Below are positions 48,315 to 56,018 of a stretch of DNA of 64,000 nt, piece after piece. Source of the stretch: Escherichia phage vB_EcoM_EP57. Below the pieces are notes generated by a model, which did not search any database, was not told the origin of the DNA, and saw only the letters and a program-made list of their open reading frames with translations. A program made the position numbers and the translations under genes. Position 1 is the first letter of the stretch. Each line of letters opens with the position of its first letter. Where the stretch lies: sequence record OR544956, one strand, 5' to 3'.

Positions 48315-49880
48315 TTAATTCGACAGGTTTTGTGCTGAAGGATCTAAAGCAGAAACAGTATCAGACGTTCCAGTTCCCGCTGTAGCTAAACCGTCTCCTG
48401 ATCGTGAAGTTTTGTCAGGCATATAGTTATCCATGAATTCAAAGAATTTCTCTTTATTGGCAACAATATCGTCAGGGATACGATATTCAAAACCAATTTT
48501 TTCAAGGAACTCGTTAATAACTTCTGGGGTTAAAGGTATTGCACCAGAGGCTACCAACTGCTGAATAGCTTTAGCATTTACTTCAATATCAGGATCACCC
48601 ATTTCACCACTGACAAACTTAGGCATATCTTCATCAGAAAGGAAGATATTGTTTAGTCGTAGTGTTTGAGGGATCAGTTGAGAGTTTATAGCTTCTACAA
48701 CAATATCTACATCTCGCTCAATAAAATGAGACAATAGTGTTTGTTTGTTGTCAGAAAGCGCAAAACTTCCTGCATCACCATCACCCATAATCAACACACC
48801 CGCACCAAAACGGTTATAAATATCTAGCTTGCGTTGTTTGATTAGTGCTTGAGTGTCAAACTGTTTACCCGTGCCATCAACACCTTGGAATACAAGATCG
48901 TATTGACGCATCACTGTGCCTTCATAAACGTCTGAAGGCAATACCATGTAGGCTTGCTCCCCAGAGTGCAGGTTAGCGATGTTGGCTTGAAGAACTCGAA
49001 GAGATTGTGCTTCATCCCCAGCAGGATCTAAAGATGCCCTGTTTAGAATGTCACTTGGAACCTTAAGAACTGGCATACCACCTAAATCTTTAGATACCCC
49101 AATAACCTCAAATTCCTGAATAAGAGATTTTTCACGCCAGCTACGATATACAGCTAAAAGCGGACTAACTCCTAGTGGGTTATTCTCTGTAATGTTGCTA
49201 CCAACAAATAAAACTTTACTGAAAGGAATTTCTTTAATACCAGTTTCTAAAGTTGTATTACCTGGAGCTAACATCGTATTGGTGATATTCTGGTTAACAG
49301 ATAGAATAGAACGTCCGTCTGCCGAATATGTAAAAGGTTGAGCCATGTGAAGAGTGTCTTGTGGTCTAAAAGCCAGTTTGGTTAATCGCCAATACCCAAA
49401 GTAAGGACTTTTAGGATCTTCATCCAACTCATAAACTTTCTCTGCGAATGCAAAACCATATTGCTTATATGTCAAAAGTGATCTAACATATTGACGTAGA
49501 GGGGCTTGCATATTGCGTAACATGTAATCAATAAACTTAGCAGCTTTTCTTGACTTTGCCGAGTTTACATTGTATTTTATCTTGAAATCAAAGAATGCTC
49601 TATCTACAAAGATATATGTAGCGTCAAGAGCAGTAGCTACATCAGGGTCTTCACCCATCTCTTTAAAAGTGCGAATACATTCTGGGAAACGAGTCTCATA
49701 AGGTTGCATGAAATTCGTAAATGCTTTGATTGAGTTTAATCCGATCGTTCCTATTTCAGGTGACAGGAGTAACGTTTTCTCTTTCTCTGCCTCTTTTGTT
49801 GGAGAGAGAGCAGCTTTATTTGCAGCACCTTTGTCCCAGTATTCTGACTTTTTAGTGTACGTTCTTTTTCCTGTTGACAC
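48315..49880 (-). CDS. Portal protein
   Basis: 521 aa, immediately downstream of the large terminase. Confidence 0.55.
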   Translation of the reverse strand: MSTGKRTYTKKSEYWDKGAANKAALSPTKEAEKEKTLLLSPEIGTIGLNSIKAFTNFMQPYETRFPECIRTFKEMGEDPDVATALDATYIFVDRAFFDFKIKYNVNSAKSRKAAKFIDYMLRNMQAPLRQYVRSLLTYKQYGFAFAEKVYELDEDPKSPYFGYWRLTKLAFRPQDTLHMAQPFTYSADGRSILSVNQNITNTMLAPGNTTLETGIKEIPFSKVLFVGSNITENNPLGVSPLLAVYRSWREKSLIQEFEVIGVSKDLGGMPVLKVPSDILNRASLDPAGDEAQSLRVLQANIANLHSGEQAYMVLPSDVYEGTVMRQYDLVFQGVDGTGKQFDTQALIKQRKLDIYNRFGAGVLIMGDGDAGSFALSDNKQTLLSHFIERDVDIVVEAINSQLIPQTLRLNNIFLSDEDMPKFVSGEMGDPDIEVNAKAIQQLVASGAIPLTPEVINEFLEKIGFEYRIPDDIVANKEKFFEFMDNYMPDKTSRSGDGLATAGTGTSDTVSALDPSAQNLSN

Positions 49881-49981
49881 TTGTTCCTCCAGTCAGGTAT
49901 AAAATCGTTAAGGCAAGGCTGTATTATATACAACCTCACCTATCTAGTTATAATACACTTTAAAGTGACTTTTGTCAACAA

Positions 49982-52057
49982 TTATCTTTTACGGACACTA
50001 TACGGTTGGTGAAATCCGCTGTTCATTCTACTGTATCCTGTAGGAGCATTTGTTGTTGTAGGGATAGCTACTGCTTTGAAAGTATTCTCTTTTGACAGAG
50101 TATTAAAACAAGAGGCAGCAGCATCGGGAATGTCATCTTTAATAGTGGCTGTAGATCTTTCACCATTGAAAGATTCCAATTCTTTATAAAAGTGGGTTAA
50201 AGTCTCCACATTAGGGAAAGAATCTTCAACAATATAAACAAAACCGTTTTGACACGCACTACTAAAAGGCATGAAACGCTGAAGCTTTTTCTTGTTACCT
50301 GGCATAGCATCTGGTTTAACAACAAAACCCTCTAGAATAAGTTTCTTTGCAGACTCTGTGTATTCTATTGTCCCAGCACCAGATGGGTCTTTAGGAAGCA
50401 CTACTGTAACTTCTGGTCCATCAATCTTACATTGATTTAGAATCAGGTTATCCCTTTCCCCAGGTAGTCTTCGAAACCTTCCGAAAATTTTACTTTTCTC
50501 ATCCACAGCATCATAATCATAGTCGCCAAAGATGTAGATATTACCATCTTGGTCTTTACCCATTTTGACAGATGTTGTATAGTCTGGATAACGGTAAGTT
50601 TCTGTAGGAACTGAAACAGCTTTATCCCATGCTCGCATTAGTTTAAGATTGTTAGGAACATCTTTATAAGATATTTTATGTAACCATTCACGTTGAAAGA
50701 AAGATTCTTTCTGGATACGTGCAAACCAACAACCGTCCAGAAGCTGTGCTCTTTTGATCGCTGTTTGTGATTTAAGCTGTGCTAAGTAATTAGGGTTAAG
50801 CCTAATGAGTTCTGGGTTATCAAATATTGTCCCACCAATAAATACGAAAGTTTGTGGTTCAATAACAACTGTCTCCCCTGTATTAGGGTTTTCCATGAAA
50901 CAGTTTTCTGGATATTTTTCTTTCAGTTCTTCAGGTGTGTCAGCAAAAACAGGTTCATCGTTAACAATGATGAAATATTTTTGTTTACCACACATATCTT
51001 CTCTAGGATAACCACCCTCATCAAGATAAGGTAACACCCAATTCAAAACCCAACTATCTGCGTCAGGGTTACATGTGCACAACATGAAACTTGTTTCTGA
51101 CTCTGAACGCATACGTCCCAGAAGATAGAGCATTTCATATTGTGTGAAGTGGGTTAACTCGTCAAAACCTACCATTGAATACTGTGTACCCTGATGGTTT
51201 GTTTCTGCTGTTACGTTATCATTTTCCAAATGGTCAAATTTGAGGGTTCCGCCACCAGTGGCTTCAAAAATGATATCCATTGTACTTTCTTTTACGTGTG
51301 GTTGTAAAGGAAGATACAAACGTTTTGCTTCTGTAAACAGACCACCTGGTTTACGGTGAGCAGTGGTGTTCTTACGGAAAAGTATTCCACCAAACAAAGG
51401 GTCTTTGTAGGCGTATTTTAAAGCTTTCAGCAATAGCAGACGAGACTTGCCGCTATTCCCAGTAACGAAGCAGTGATCGCCACGTCTAAAGACAATATAG
51501 CTGCTTGGAGTCTCAAAACAATATTTCTTATCATCTGTTGAAATAACCTCGTGTATTTTTAAGTAAGTGCTCTTTTTACCAGGTATGTTAAAAGGAACAC
51601 GTTTACCGAATGGATTTTCTACATAACCTTGCAGGGGTTTTCCTATTTGCTGTAATGCAATAAGATCTCCTACAAGAATCTCGAAATGTTTCTTTGATTT
51701 CTTTTTCTTATAGAATACAAAACGGTGTTCCATACTAAGTTCTTGGAATAATCCTACACCATTTGTTATTCTGTATAGGTTATCTCCATTTAAATCGTAT
51801 TCTACAAAATAAGGTGTTACCAATTCTAAACGCTTATTCTTAGGATTGTATTGGTAAATATCCTCTCCCGAATATTCACTAATCTGCCTCCAACCATCTT
51901 TTGTAAGATATTCCGTTTCAGCAGAAACACATCCAGCGGCACCACCATAAATCATAACCTCTGGCATTAAATCCATTGCAAGAGTCTGTTTACCTGGTTG
52001 AGCCTTTACTTCAATATCTACTCCAGCTAAACTACCTGCTGCCTTTTTCTTTGCCAC
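49982..52057 (-). CDS. Terminase large subunit, intein-containing
   Basis: Walker A split as GGAAG / SGKS by an insertion; C-terminal nuclease region; 691 aa including a 159-aa intein. Confidence 0.8.
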   Translation of the reverse strand: MAKKKAAGSLAGVDIEVKAQPGKQTLAMDLMPEVMIYGGAAGCVSAETEYLTKDGWRQISEYSGEDIYQYNPKNKRLELVTPYFVEYDLNGDNLYRITNGVGLFQELSMEHRFVFYKKKKSKKHFEILVGDLIALQQIGKPLQGYVENPFGKRVPFNIPGKKSTYLKIHEVISTDDKKYCFETPSSYIVFRRGDHCFVTGNSGKSRLLLLKALKYAYKDPLFGGILFRKNTTAHRKPGGLFTEAKRLYLPLQPHVKESTMDIIFEATGGGTLKFDHLENDNVTAETNHQGTQYSMVGFDELTHFTQYEMLYLLGRMRSESETSFMLCTCNPDADSWVLNWVLPYLDEGGYPREDMCGKQKYFIIVNDEPVFADTPEELKEKYPENCFMENPNTGETVVIEPQTFVFIGGTIFDNPELIRLNPNYLAQLKSQTAIKRAQLLDGCWFARIQKESFFQREWLHKISYKDVPNNLKLMRAWDKAVSVPTETYRYPDYTTSVKMGKDQDGNIYIFGDYDYDAVDEKSKIFGRFRRLPGERDNLILNQCKIDGPEVTVVLPKDPSGAGTIEYTESAKKLILEGFVVKPDAMPGNKKKLQRFMPFSSACQNGFVYIVEDSFPNVETLTHFYKELESFNGERSTATIKDDIPDAAASCFNTLSKENTFKAVAIPTTTNAPTGYSRMNSGFHQPYSVRKR
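51455..51931 (-). other. Mini-intein (Hint domain without homing endonuclease) inserted in the terminase P-loop
   Basis: Begins with Cys (CVSAETEYL) right after GGAAG and ends ...DHCFVTGN followed by SGKS; removing it restores a GGAAGSGKS-type P-loop. Confidence 0.6.
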
Positions 52058-52060
52058 TCC

Positions 52061-52405
52061 TTATTCAGCAATAATACCTTTTTCTTGCAGTGTTTTAATA
52101 TATGTTTGTAAACCTAGAACCTTTCGTCTATCTTGCTCCCAAAGAGCATTGTTTTGAGTTTGGTTGTTAACAACTTCAGATCTACTAACCCCTTTTGCAA
52201 TTTGATTTTTAGTGTATGGCACAGGTGTCGATACTTTATCCATCAAGTCCGAATCTGGACCTTTAACCTTTTCTATGGCTACAGCCTTACACTCATCAAT
52301 AAGAACTGGGGAAACTTTTGTTGATGATGAACAACCCGTCATCATTAGGGGCAAAGCAAGACATACTGCCAGAATTAGTTTTTGCATAATTCGTTGTATC
52401 CTCAT
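52061..52405 (-). CDS. Outer-membrane spanin (o-spanin, Rz1-like lipoprotein)
   Basis: Lipobox LMMTGC; overlaps the 3' end of the i-spanin gene in another frame. Confidence 0.45.
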   Translation of the reverse strand: MRIQRIMQKLILAVCLALPLMMTGCSSSTKVSPVLIDECKAVAIEKVKGPDSDLMDKVSTPVPYTKNQIAKGVSRSEVVNNQTQNNALWEQDRRKVLGLQTYIKTLQEKGIIAE

Positions 52406-52688
52406 TGATCGTTTGTTTCTTCTTCTCTAAATCTGCTTTTAATTGTGCATTGTTTTTAGACAAGTTGTTTATTTGAGTATTTAATAATGCTCTTTCTTCA
52501 TCTGCTCTTTTTTGAAGAACATCAAAATCTTGTTTTGCTTTTGCTTGGGCTGCTTGATATACTTGCGTTTGATAGGCAACACCATCTTTGTAGCCAGACT
52601 CACGTATCTTGTTATAAGCAAACATTCCGGCAAGAATAAGAACAACAATTAAAACAAAACTTAATACAGTTTTAGTCTTTAGATTCAT
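52296..52688 (-). CDS. Inner-membrane spanin (i-spanin, Rz-like)
   Basis: N-terminal TM (VLSFVLIVVLILAGMFAY) followed by coiled-coil. Confidence 0.5.
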   Translation of the reverse strand: MNLKTKTVLSFVLIVVLILAGMFAYNKIRESGYKDGVAYQTQVYQAAQAKAKQDFDVLQKRADEERALLNTQINNLSKNNAQLKADLEKKKQTINEDTTNYAKTNSGSMSCFAPNDDGLFIINKSFPSSY

Positions 52689-52738
52689 TATCTTCTACTT
52701 CCTCATAAAATTTTATTTTAGGAAGAGAAGGGGCGTTG

Positions 52739-52909
52739 TTAACTATCTTCTTCACTTCCATTGGTTGAGCCTCCGCTAGGATCTCTTCCCAAGTCTTCTC
52801 TGTCATCATAAAGTTCTTCCTCCAAGTTCCAAGCCCGTGTGTAATCATTCTTTTTATCTTTATGATAAGAAGAACGGTTAAAATCATTTTTAACTACAAA
52901 ATTGCGCAT
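52739..52909 (-). CDS. Small acidic protein (56 aa) with strong ribosome-binding site; overlaps track ORF 52672..52887 in another frame
   Basis: gaggagga then ATG at 52909; reads MRNFVVKNDFNRSSYHKDKK... Confidence 0.3.
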   Translation of the reverse strand: MRNFVVKNDFNRSSYHKDKKNDYTRAWNLEEELYDDREDLGRDPSGGSTNGSEEDS

Positions 52910-52930
52910 ATTTTATCCTCCTCATATCTG

Positions 52931-52960
52931 ATCTTATCACAAAATGATATATAATTGCAA
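52931..52960 (-). promoter_or_regulatory. Sigma70-like promoter on the minus strand (TTGCAA-18-TAAGAT)
   Basis: Upstream of the small gene and spanin/terminase block. Confidence 0.4.
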
Positions 52961-52964
52961 GCAT

Positions 52965-53002
52965 TAAAAATAAAAAAGCCCCTAACCTTTCGGAGAGGGG
53001 TG
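52965..53002 (-). terminator. Intrinsic terminator (second of a tandem pair) on the minus strand
   Basis: CCCCUCUCC-GAAA-GGUUAGGGG then CUUUUUUAUUUUU; a first hairpin GGGGCUUUGCCCC lies at 53021-53034. Confidence 0.45.
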
Positions 53003-53049
53003 TTAAAAATAACAAGGAGGAGGGGCAAAGCCCCAAGAGAGGAGAGGGA

Positions 53050-53346
53050 TTAGATTACGATCTTTTTAGGAACGTCATCTGTATTCTGCACGGCAGGGGT
53101 TTCTTCTTCCATAGCTTCATAATGTTCTTCTAACCATTCTTCTACTTGCTCTTTAATAGCTTTAGCTGCTTGGAAGCGGAGAGGTTTTGCTGCATCCTTA
53201 TCATTAACAAGTTCAACAATATACCGCATAGCTTCTAAATAATGCTCTGCAAATAATTCTTTTACACTTGCTTGCGCCGCATCCATTGCGTAAATCTGTT
53301 GCATTTCGGCTGTTGGTCTTCCACGACCACGTTTTAGTTTAGGCAT
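53050..53346 (-). CDS. Small DNA-binding protein with AT-hook-like KRGRGRP motif (terminase small subunit candidate)
   Basis: 98 aa; its own promoter and tandem terminators. Confidence 0.3.
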   Translation of the reverse strand: MPKLKRGRGRPTAEMQQIYAMDAAQASVKELFAEHYLEAMRYIVELVNDKDAAKPLRFQAAKAIKEQVEEWLEEHYEAMEEETPAVQNTDDVPKKIVI

Positions 53347-53367
53347 AATAAAATCCTCCTAAACTTT

Positions 53368-53396
53368 ATCTTAACATATAAAAAATAATAAGTCAA
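53368..53396 (-). promoter_or_regulatory. Sigma70-like promoter on the minus strand (TTGACT-17-TAAGAT)
   Basis: Followed by AGGAGG and the ATG of 53050..53346. Confidence 0.45.
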
Positions 53397-53553
53397 GTTT
53401 TATTCAATAGATAGCAAAAAGCCTCCAATAAGGAGGCTAATAAATACTGTTAAGTTGAAATGCTTTATTATAATTGTGCGTTAAGGAGTCGCACCCCTCC
53501 ATCTTAGAAGGAACCAGGCAAGGTCTTCAAAGATACCGCTGGCAAGCGATATT

Positions 53554-53632
53554 TGGAGGCGGGAATTGGATTTGAACCAATGATCTCCAGCATATGAAAC
53601 TGGCGAGGACGACCAGACTCCTCTATCCCGCT
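53554..53632 (-). tRNA. tRNA with anticodon CAT (Met or Ile2)
   Basis: Manual fold: T-arm ATTGG-TTCAAAT-CCAAT, anticodon loop TTCATAT, CCA encoded; 1-72 is an A-C mismatch. Confidence 0.55.
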
Positions 53633-53638
53633 ATTATG

Positions 53639-53708
53639 TATCCCGTGCTGGATTCGAACCAGCATCACAATAAGCTGTGGAACTCTTATCCTGTAAGTCT
53701 AACGGGAA
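53639..53708 (-). tRNA. tRNA-like element, unassigned (anticodon arm cannot be folded; possibly degenerate)
   Basis: Good T-arm GCTGG-TTCGAAT-CCAGC and acceptor pairing, but only about 70 nt. Confidence 0.3.
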
Positions 53709-53710
53709 AC

Positions 53711-53784
53711 TGGTTGTTTCGACAAGAATCGAACTTGTGTCTCACGATTATCAGTCGTGGGTTCTACCATTGAACTACGAAACA
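53711..53784 (-). tRNA. tRNA-Ile (anticodon GAT)
   Basis: Perfect acceptor, T-arm and anticodon stem; loop CTGATAA; CCA encoded. Confidence 0.7.
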
Positions 53785-53790
53785 TTAAAT

Positions 53791-53867
53791 TGGTCGGAAT
53801 TGCAGGATTCGAACCTGCGACCCTACGCTCCCAAAGCGTATGCTCTACCAAACTGAGCTAAATTCCG
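53791..53867 (-). tRNA. tRNA-Pro (anticodon TGG)
   Basis: Perfect cloverleaf; anticodon loop TTTGGGA; CCA encoded. Confidence 0.7.
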
Positions 53868-53960
53868 TCATAACATTCTAAAGGTACACCGCAAAAGAAA
53901 GTGTTCGGCGGCTCCTCGTTTTTAACTTCACACTTGAGGTAGTGACTCACCTTTGTTATA

Positions 53961-54036
53961 TGGCTGGTCTGTCTGGATTTGAACCAAACCTACGACAGTC
54001 AAAGTGTCGTGTGCTACCGGACTACACTACAAACCA
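53961..54036 (-). tRNA. tRNA-Gln (anticodon TTG)
   Basis: Cloverleaf with anticodon loop CTTTGAC; CCA encoded. Confidence 0.65.
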
Positions 54037-54134
54037 ATAAATCATTTAATGAAGGGCAACCAGAAGAGGTGTGAGAGAAGGAGAAAACCATGAGTAAAAG
54101 AGAAAGTTTTCTGGCAACCCTTTATTAAATAATT

Positions 54135-54208
54135 TGGAGCGTTCTACGAGGATCGAACTCGTGCCGCCGACTTGGAAGGACGGAATGCTACCGCTACACC
54201 AAGAACGC
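54135..54208 (-). tRNA. tRNA-Gly (anticodon TCC)
   Basis: Acceptor GCGTTCT/AGAACGC, anticodon loop CTTCCAA; one mismatch in the anticodon stem. Confidence 0.55.
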
Positions 54209-54219
54209 CCTACATCTTT

Positions 54220-54249
54220 ACTATACTACATTTTACTATTGGTTGTCAA
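54220..54249 (-). promoter_or_regulatory. tRNA-operon promoter 1 (CTATTGACAA-18-TATAGT)
   Basis: Minus strand; -10 ends about 11 nt before the tRNA-Gly 5' end. Confidence 0.55.
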
Positions 54250-54524
54250 TAGTTTTATTGAGTGGGACAGTGACGAGTATCCCGTTGGGTGACTAGCCCT
54301 ACGTTCGGTAAGCTAACTTAAAATAATACAAAACCAAAGTCAAATATTATTCTTCGTTGCTGTCGATGGGAGAGCCGCTTCTCATTTTGCCCCATCCAAC
54401 CCTACTCCGGTCAAGTTTCGGGTAACTCTTTTTGTGTGATCAACACAATACTAAGAACACTGTCTTTCGAACAGACCTTGTGCACAGGATACGACGATCA
54501 ATCACAGTGCTCTTAATGTTGTGT

Positions 54525-54599
54525 TGGTGCTCCCACACTGAATCGAACAGAGATCCACGGATTACAAAACCGTTGTAATAGCCATTATACTATAGGAGC
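54525..54599 (-). tRNA. tRNA-Thr (anticodon TGT)
   Basis: Anticodon loop TTTGTAA; minor stem mismatches. Confidence 0.5.
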
Positions 54600-54605
54600 A
54601 AAGCT

Positions 54606-54682
54606 GGGACTCGGCAGGATTCGATACCTGCAATTCCAGAAGCCTCTTGGCGACTGGGGGTTTACCTTAACTCTACAAGTCC
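54606..54682 (-). tRNA. tRNA-like element, unassigned (T-arm near-identical to tRNA-Pro but with an 8-nt loop; no foldable anticodon arm)
   Basis: gcaggattcgatacctgc versus gcaggattcgaacctgc in tRNA-Pro. Confidence 0.3.
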
Positions 54683-54689
54683 ATAATTC

Positions 54690-54775
54690 TGGCGATGAGT
54701 ATAGGATTTGAACCTATATCGTTCTTTCGAACACGGATTAACAGTCCGCCGCTTAAACCATTCAGCCAACTCATC
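54690..54775 (-). tRNA. Class II (long variable arm) tRNA with anticodon GTT
   Basis: Perfect acceptor GATGAGT/ACTCATC, T-arm ATAGG-TTCAAAT-CCTAT, extra arm GTTC-GAAA-GAAC, anticodon loop CTGTTAA. Confidence 0.45.
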
Positions 54776-54781
54776 TTAATT

Positions 54782-54869
54782 TGGTGGTGAGTGATGGAGT
54801 TGAACCACCCGAATCGCAATGATAACAGATTTACAGTCTGCCCCGCTACCCCTACGGAATTAACTCACC
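54782..54869 (-). tRNA. tRNA-Tyr (anticodon GTA), class II
   Basis: Anticodon arm CAGA-CTGTAAA-TCTG as in E. coli tRNA-Tyr; 88 nt. Confidence 0.6.
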
Positions 54870-54947
54870 TAAATACTAATATTTAAATTCTTTTTAAAAT
54901 AGCCAGTGTTCACACCACTAACTATGTAAGCCATATTAAAAAGAACT

Positions 54948-55033
54948 TGGCGGTAGATGTAGGACTCGAACCTACACGCCGTTTCCGACTACAGTTTAGC
55001 AAACTGTCGTGGCTACCATTTCACCAATCTACC
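54948..55033 (-). tRNA. tRNA-Ser (anticodon GCT), class II
   Basis: Anticodon arm ACAGT-TTGCTAA-ACTGT; long variable arm. Confidence 0.65.
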
Positions 55034-55038
55034 TAATC

Positions 55039-55129
55039 TGGCGGAAGGAGGGAGAGTCGAACTCCCAAGGCTCTTTCAAGCTCGGCGGTTTTCAAGACCG
55101 TTTTCGTCGCCACGTCGATTTGCCCTTCC
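55039..55129 (-). tRNA. tRNA-Ser (anticodon TGA), class II
   Basis: Anticodon loop CTTGAAA; long variable arm; 91 nt. Confidence 0.55.
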
Positions 55130-55137
55130 ATACTTAT

Positions 55138-55167
55138 AATCTAACATAAAATAATGTTTGTTGTCAA
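55138..55167 (-). promoter_or_regulatory. tRNA-operon promoter 2 (CTATTGACAA-18-TAGATT)
   Basis: Minus strand; -10 ends about 9 nt before the tRNA-Ser(TGA) 5' end. Confidence 0.5.
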
Positions 55168-55363
55168 TAGTTTTTTAAAACATTTTACCATGAATGGTGA
55201 CTCCACCAACCCCCGTTCTCCACGAACGGTGCTCTTCGAGCATTTATGTCTTCTAATATAACCGTGGCCTTTGTTTATAATGTCTGACATACTTGCCTCA
55301 TTCTCTGCCACCATGATCAGTAGTGGGTTCAAATTACTTGAGCTAATTCATGTTAAAATGTTC

Positions 55364-55438
55364 TGGTGTCTTTACAAGGAATCGAACCTTGACTAAGAGT
55401 TTAGAAGACTCCTGTGCTATCCATTACACCATAAAGAC
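55364..55438 (-). tRNA. tRNA-Arg (anticodon TCT)
   Basis: Anticodon loop CTTCTAA; acceptor GTCTTTA/TAAAGAC. Confidence 0.6.
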
Positions 55439-55440
55439 GT

Positions 55441-55515
55441 TGGTGGCCCTGGCTGGTTTCGATCCAGCTACCTATCGGTTATGAGCCGACAGCTCTCCCA
55501 TTGAGCTACAGGGCC
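55441..55515 (-). tRNA. tRNA with anticodon CAT (Met or Ile2), second copy
   Basis: Acceptor GGCCCTG/CAGGGCC, D-stem GCTC/GAGC, anticodon loop CTCATAA. Confidence 0.6.
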
Positions 55516-55519
55516 ATAA

Positions 55520-55713
55520 ATGTGGTAACAGAGACGCTGACGATTGTAGAGAACCGCTACATTCTCTAAGACCAAGCCCAACTTTCAGCGTAAAAGTTCT
55601 TGAGCCGAGACTGTTCCTTTTCCTCTTTGGTAGCTAACCTCTGAAGAAGTAGTCTCTAACACTACCGCAGTGCAAGCCCCTCTTAACAAAAGTCAACGAC
55701 ACTGTTACCACAC
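55520..55713 (-). ncRNA. Candidate structured small RNA (about 190 nt) closed by a perfect 10-bp terminal stem, first transcript unit behind promoter 3
   Basis: Plus 55522-55531 gtggtaacag is the exact reverse complement of plus 55702-55711; lies between a promoter and the first tRNA; no ORF. Confidence 0.35.
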
Positions 55714-55724
55714 TTGATGAACGT

Positions 55725-55754
55725 ATCCTAACATATGAAGGATACGTTTGTCAA
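55725..55754 (-). promoter_or_regulatory. tRNA-locus promoter 3 (CTATTGACAA-18-TAGGAT)
   Basis: Minus strand, directly downstream of the 55762..56010 stop. Confidence 0.5.
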
Positions 55755-55761
55755 TAGTTAT

Positions 55762-56010
55762 TTAAGCATATTCTGCTACTTCTTCACTATCTTTCTTTTC
55801 CAGAAGAGCAACAACCAAAGCTTCTGCGTTAAAAGTATTAATTTCAAGATCCATCTCTCGCATCAGAGCCAAGAAATCAATAACTTTAACATCTTTAGTG
55901 ATTACAATAGAAGTTGTACCATTGTTTTCAGATGTGTATTTTTCTGGATGGAAAAGAAAAACTGCATTGCCGTTACCATCTTCAAACACGTGTTTTTCTA
56001 ATAGAGACAT
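55762..56010 (-). CDS. Hypothetical protein
   Basis: Strong ribosome-binding site tAGGAGGaacaATG. Confidence 0.45.
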   Translation of the reverse strand: MSLLEKHVFEDGNGNAVFLFHPEKYTSENNGTTSIVITKDVKVIDFLALMREMDLEINTFNAEALVVALLEKKDSEEVAEYA

Positions 56011-56018
56011 TGTTCCTC

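Noticed and set aside
52672-52887. 71-aa track ORF upstream of the i-spanin as a holin candidate
   Set aside because: It has no convincing transmembrane segments, and a better-initiated overlapping 56-aa frame exists at 52739..52909; the holin assignment is unsupported
54037-54134. 12-codon plus-strand mini-ORF (MSKRESFLATLY) with a ribosome-binding site between tRNA-Gln and tRNA-Gly
   Set aside because: Too short, on the opposite strand to the tRNA operon and without conservation evidence; likely chance
55141-55332. 63-aa minus-strand ORF inside the tRNA locus
   Set aside because: Promoter 2 lies within it and the region is otherwise non-coding RNA space; more likely untranslated leader or spacer
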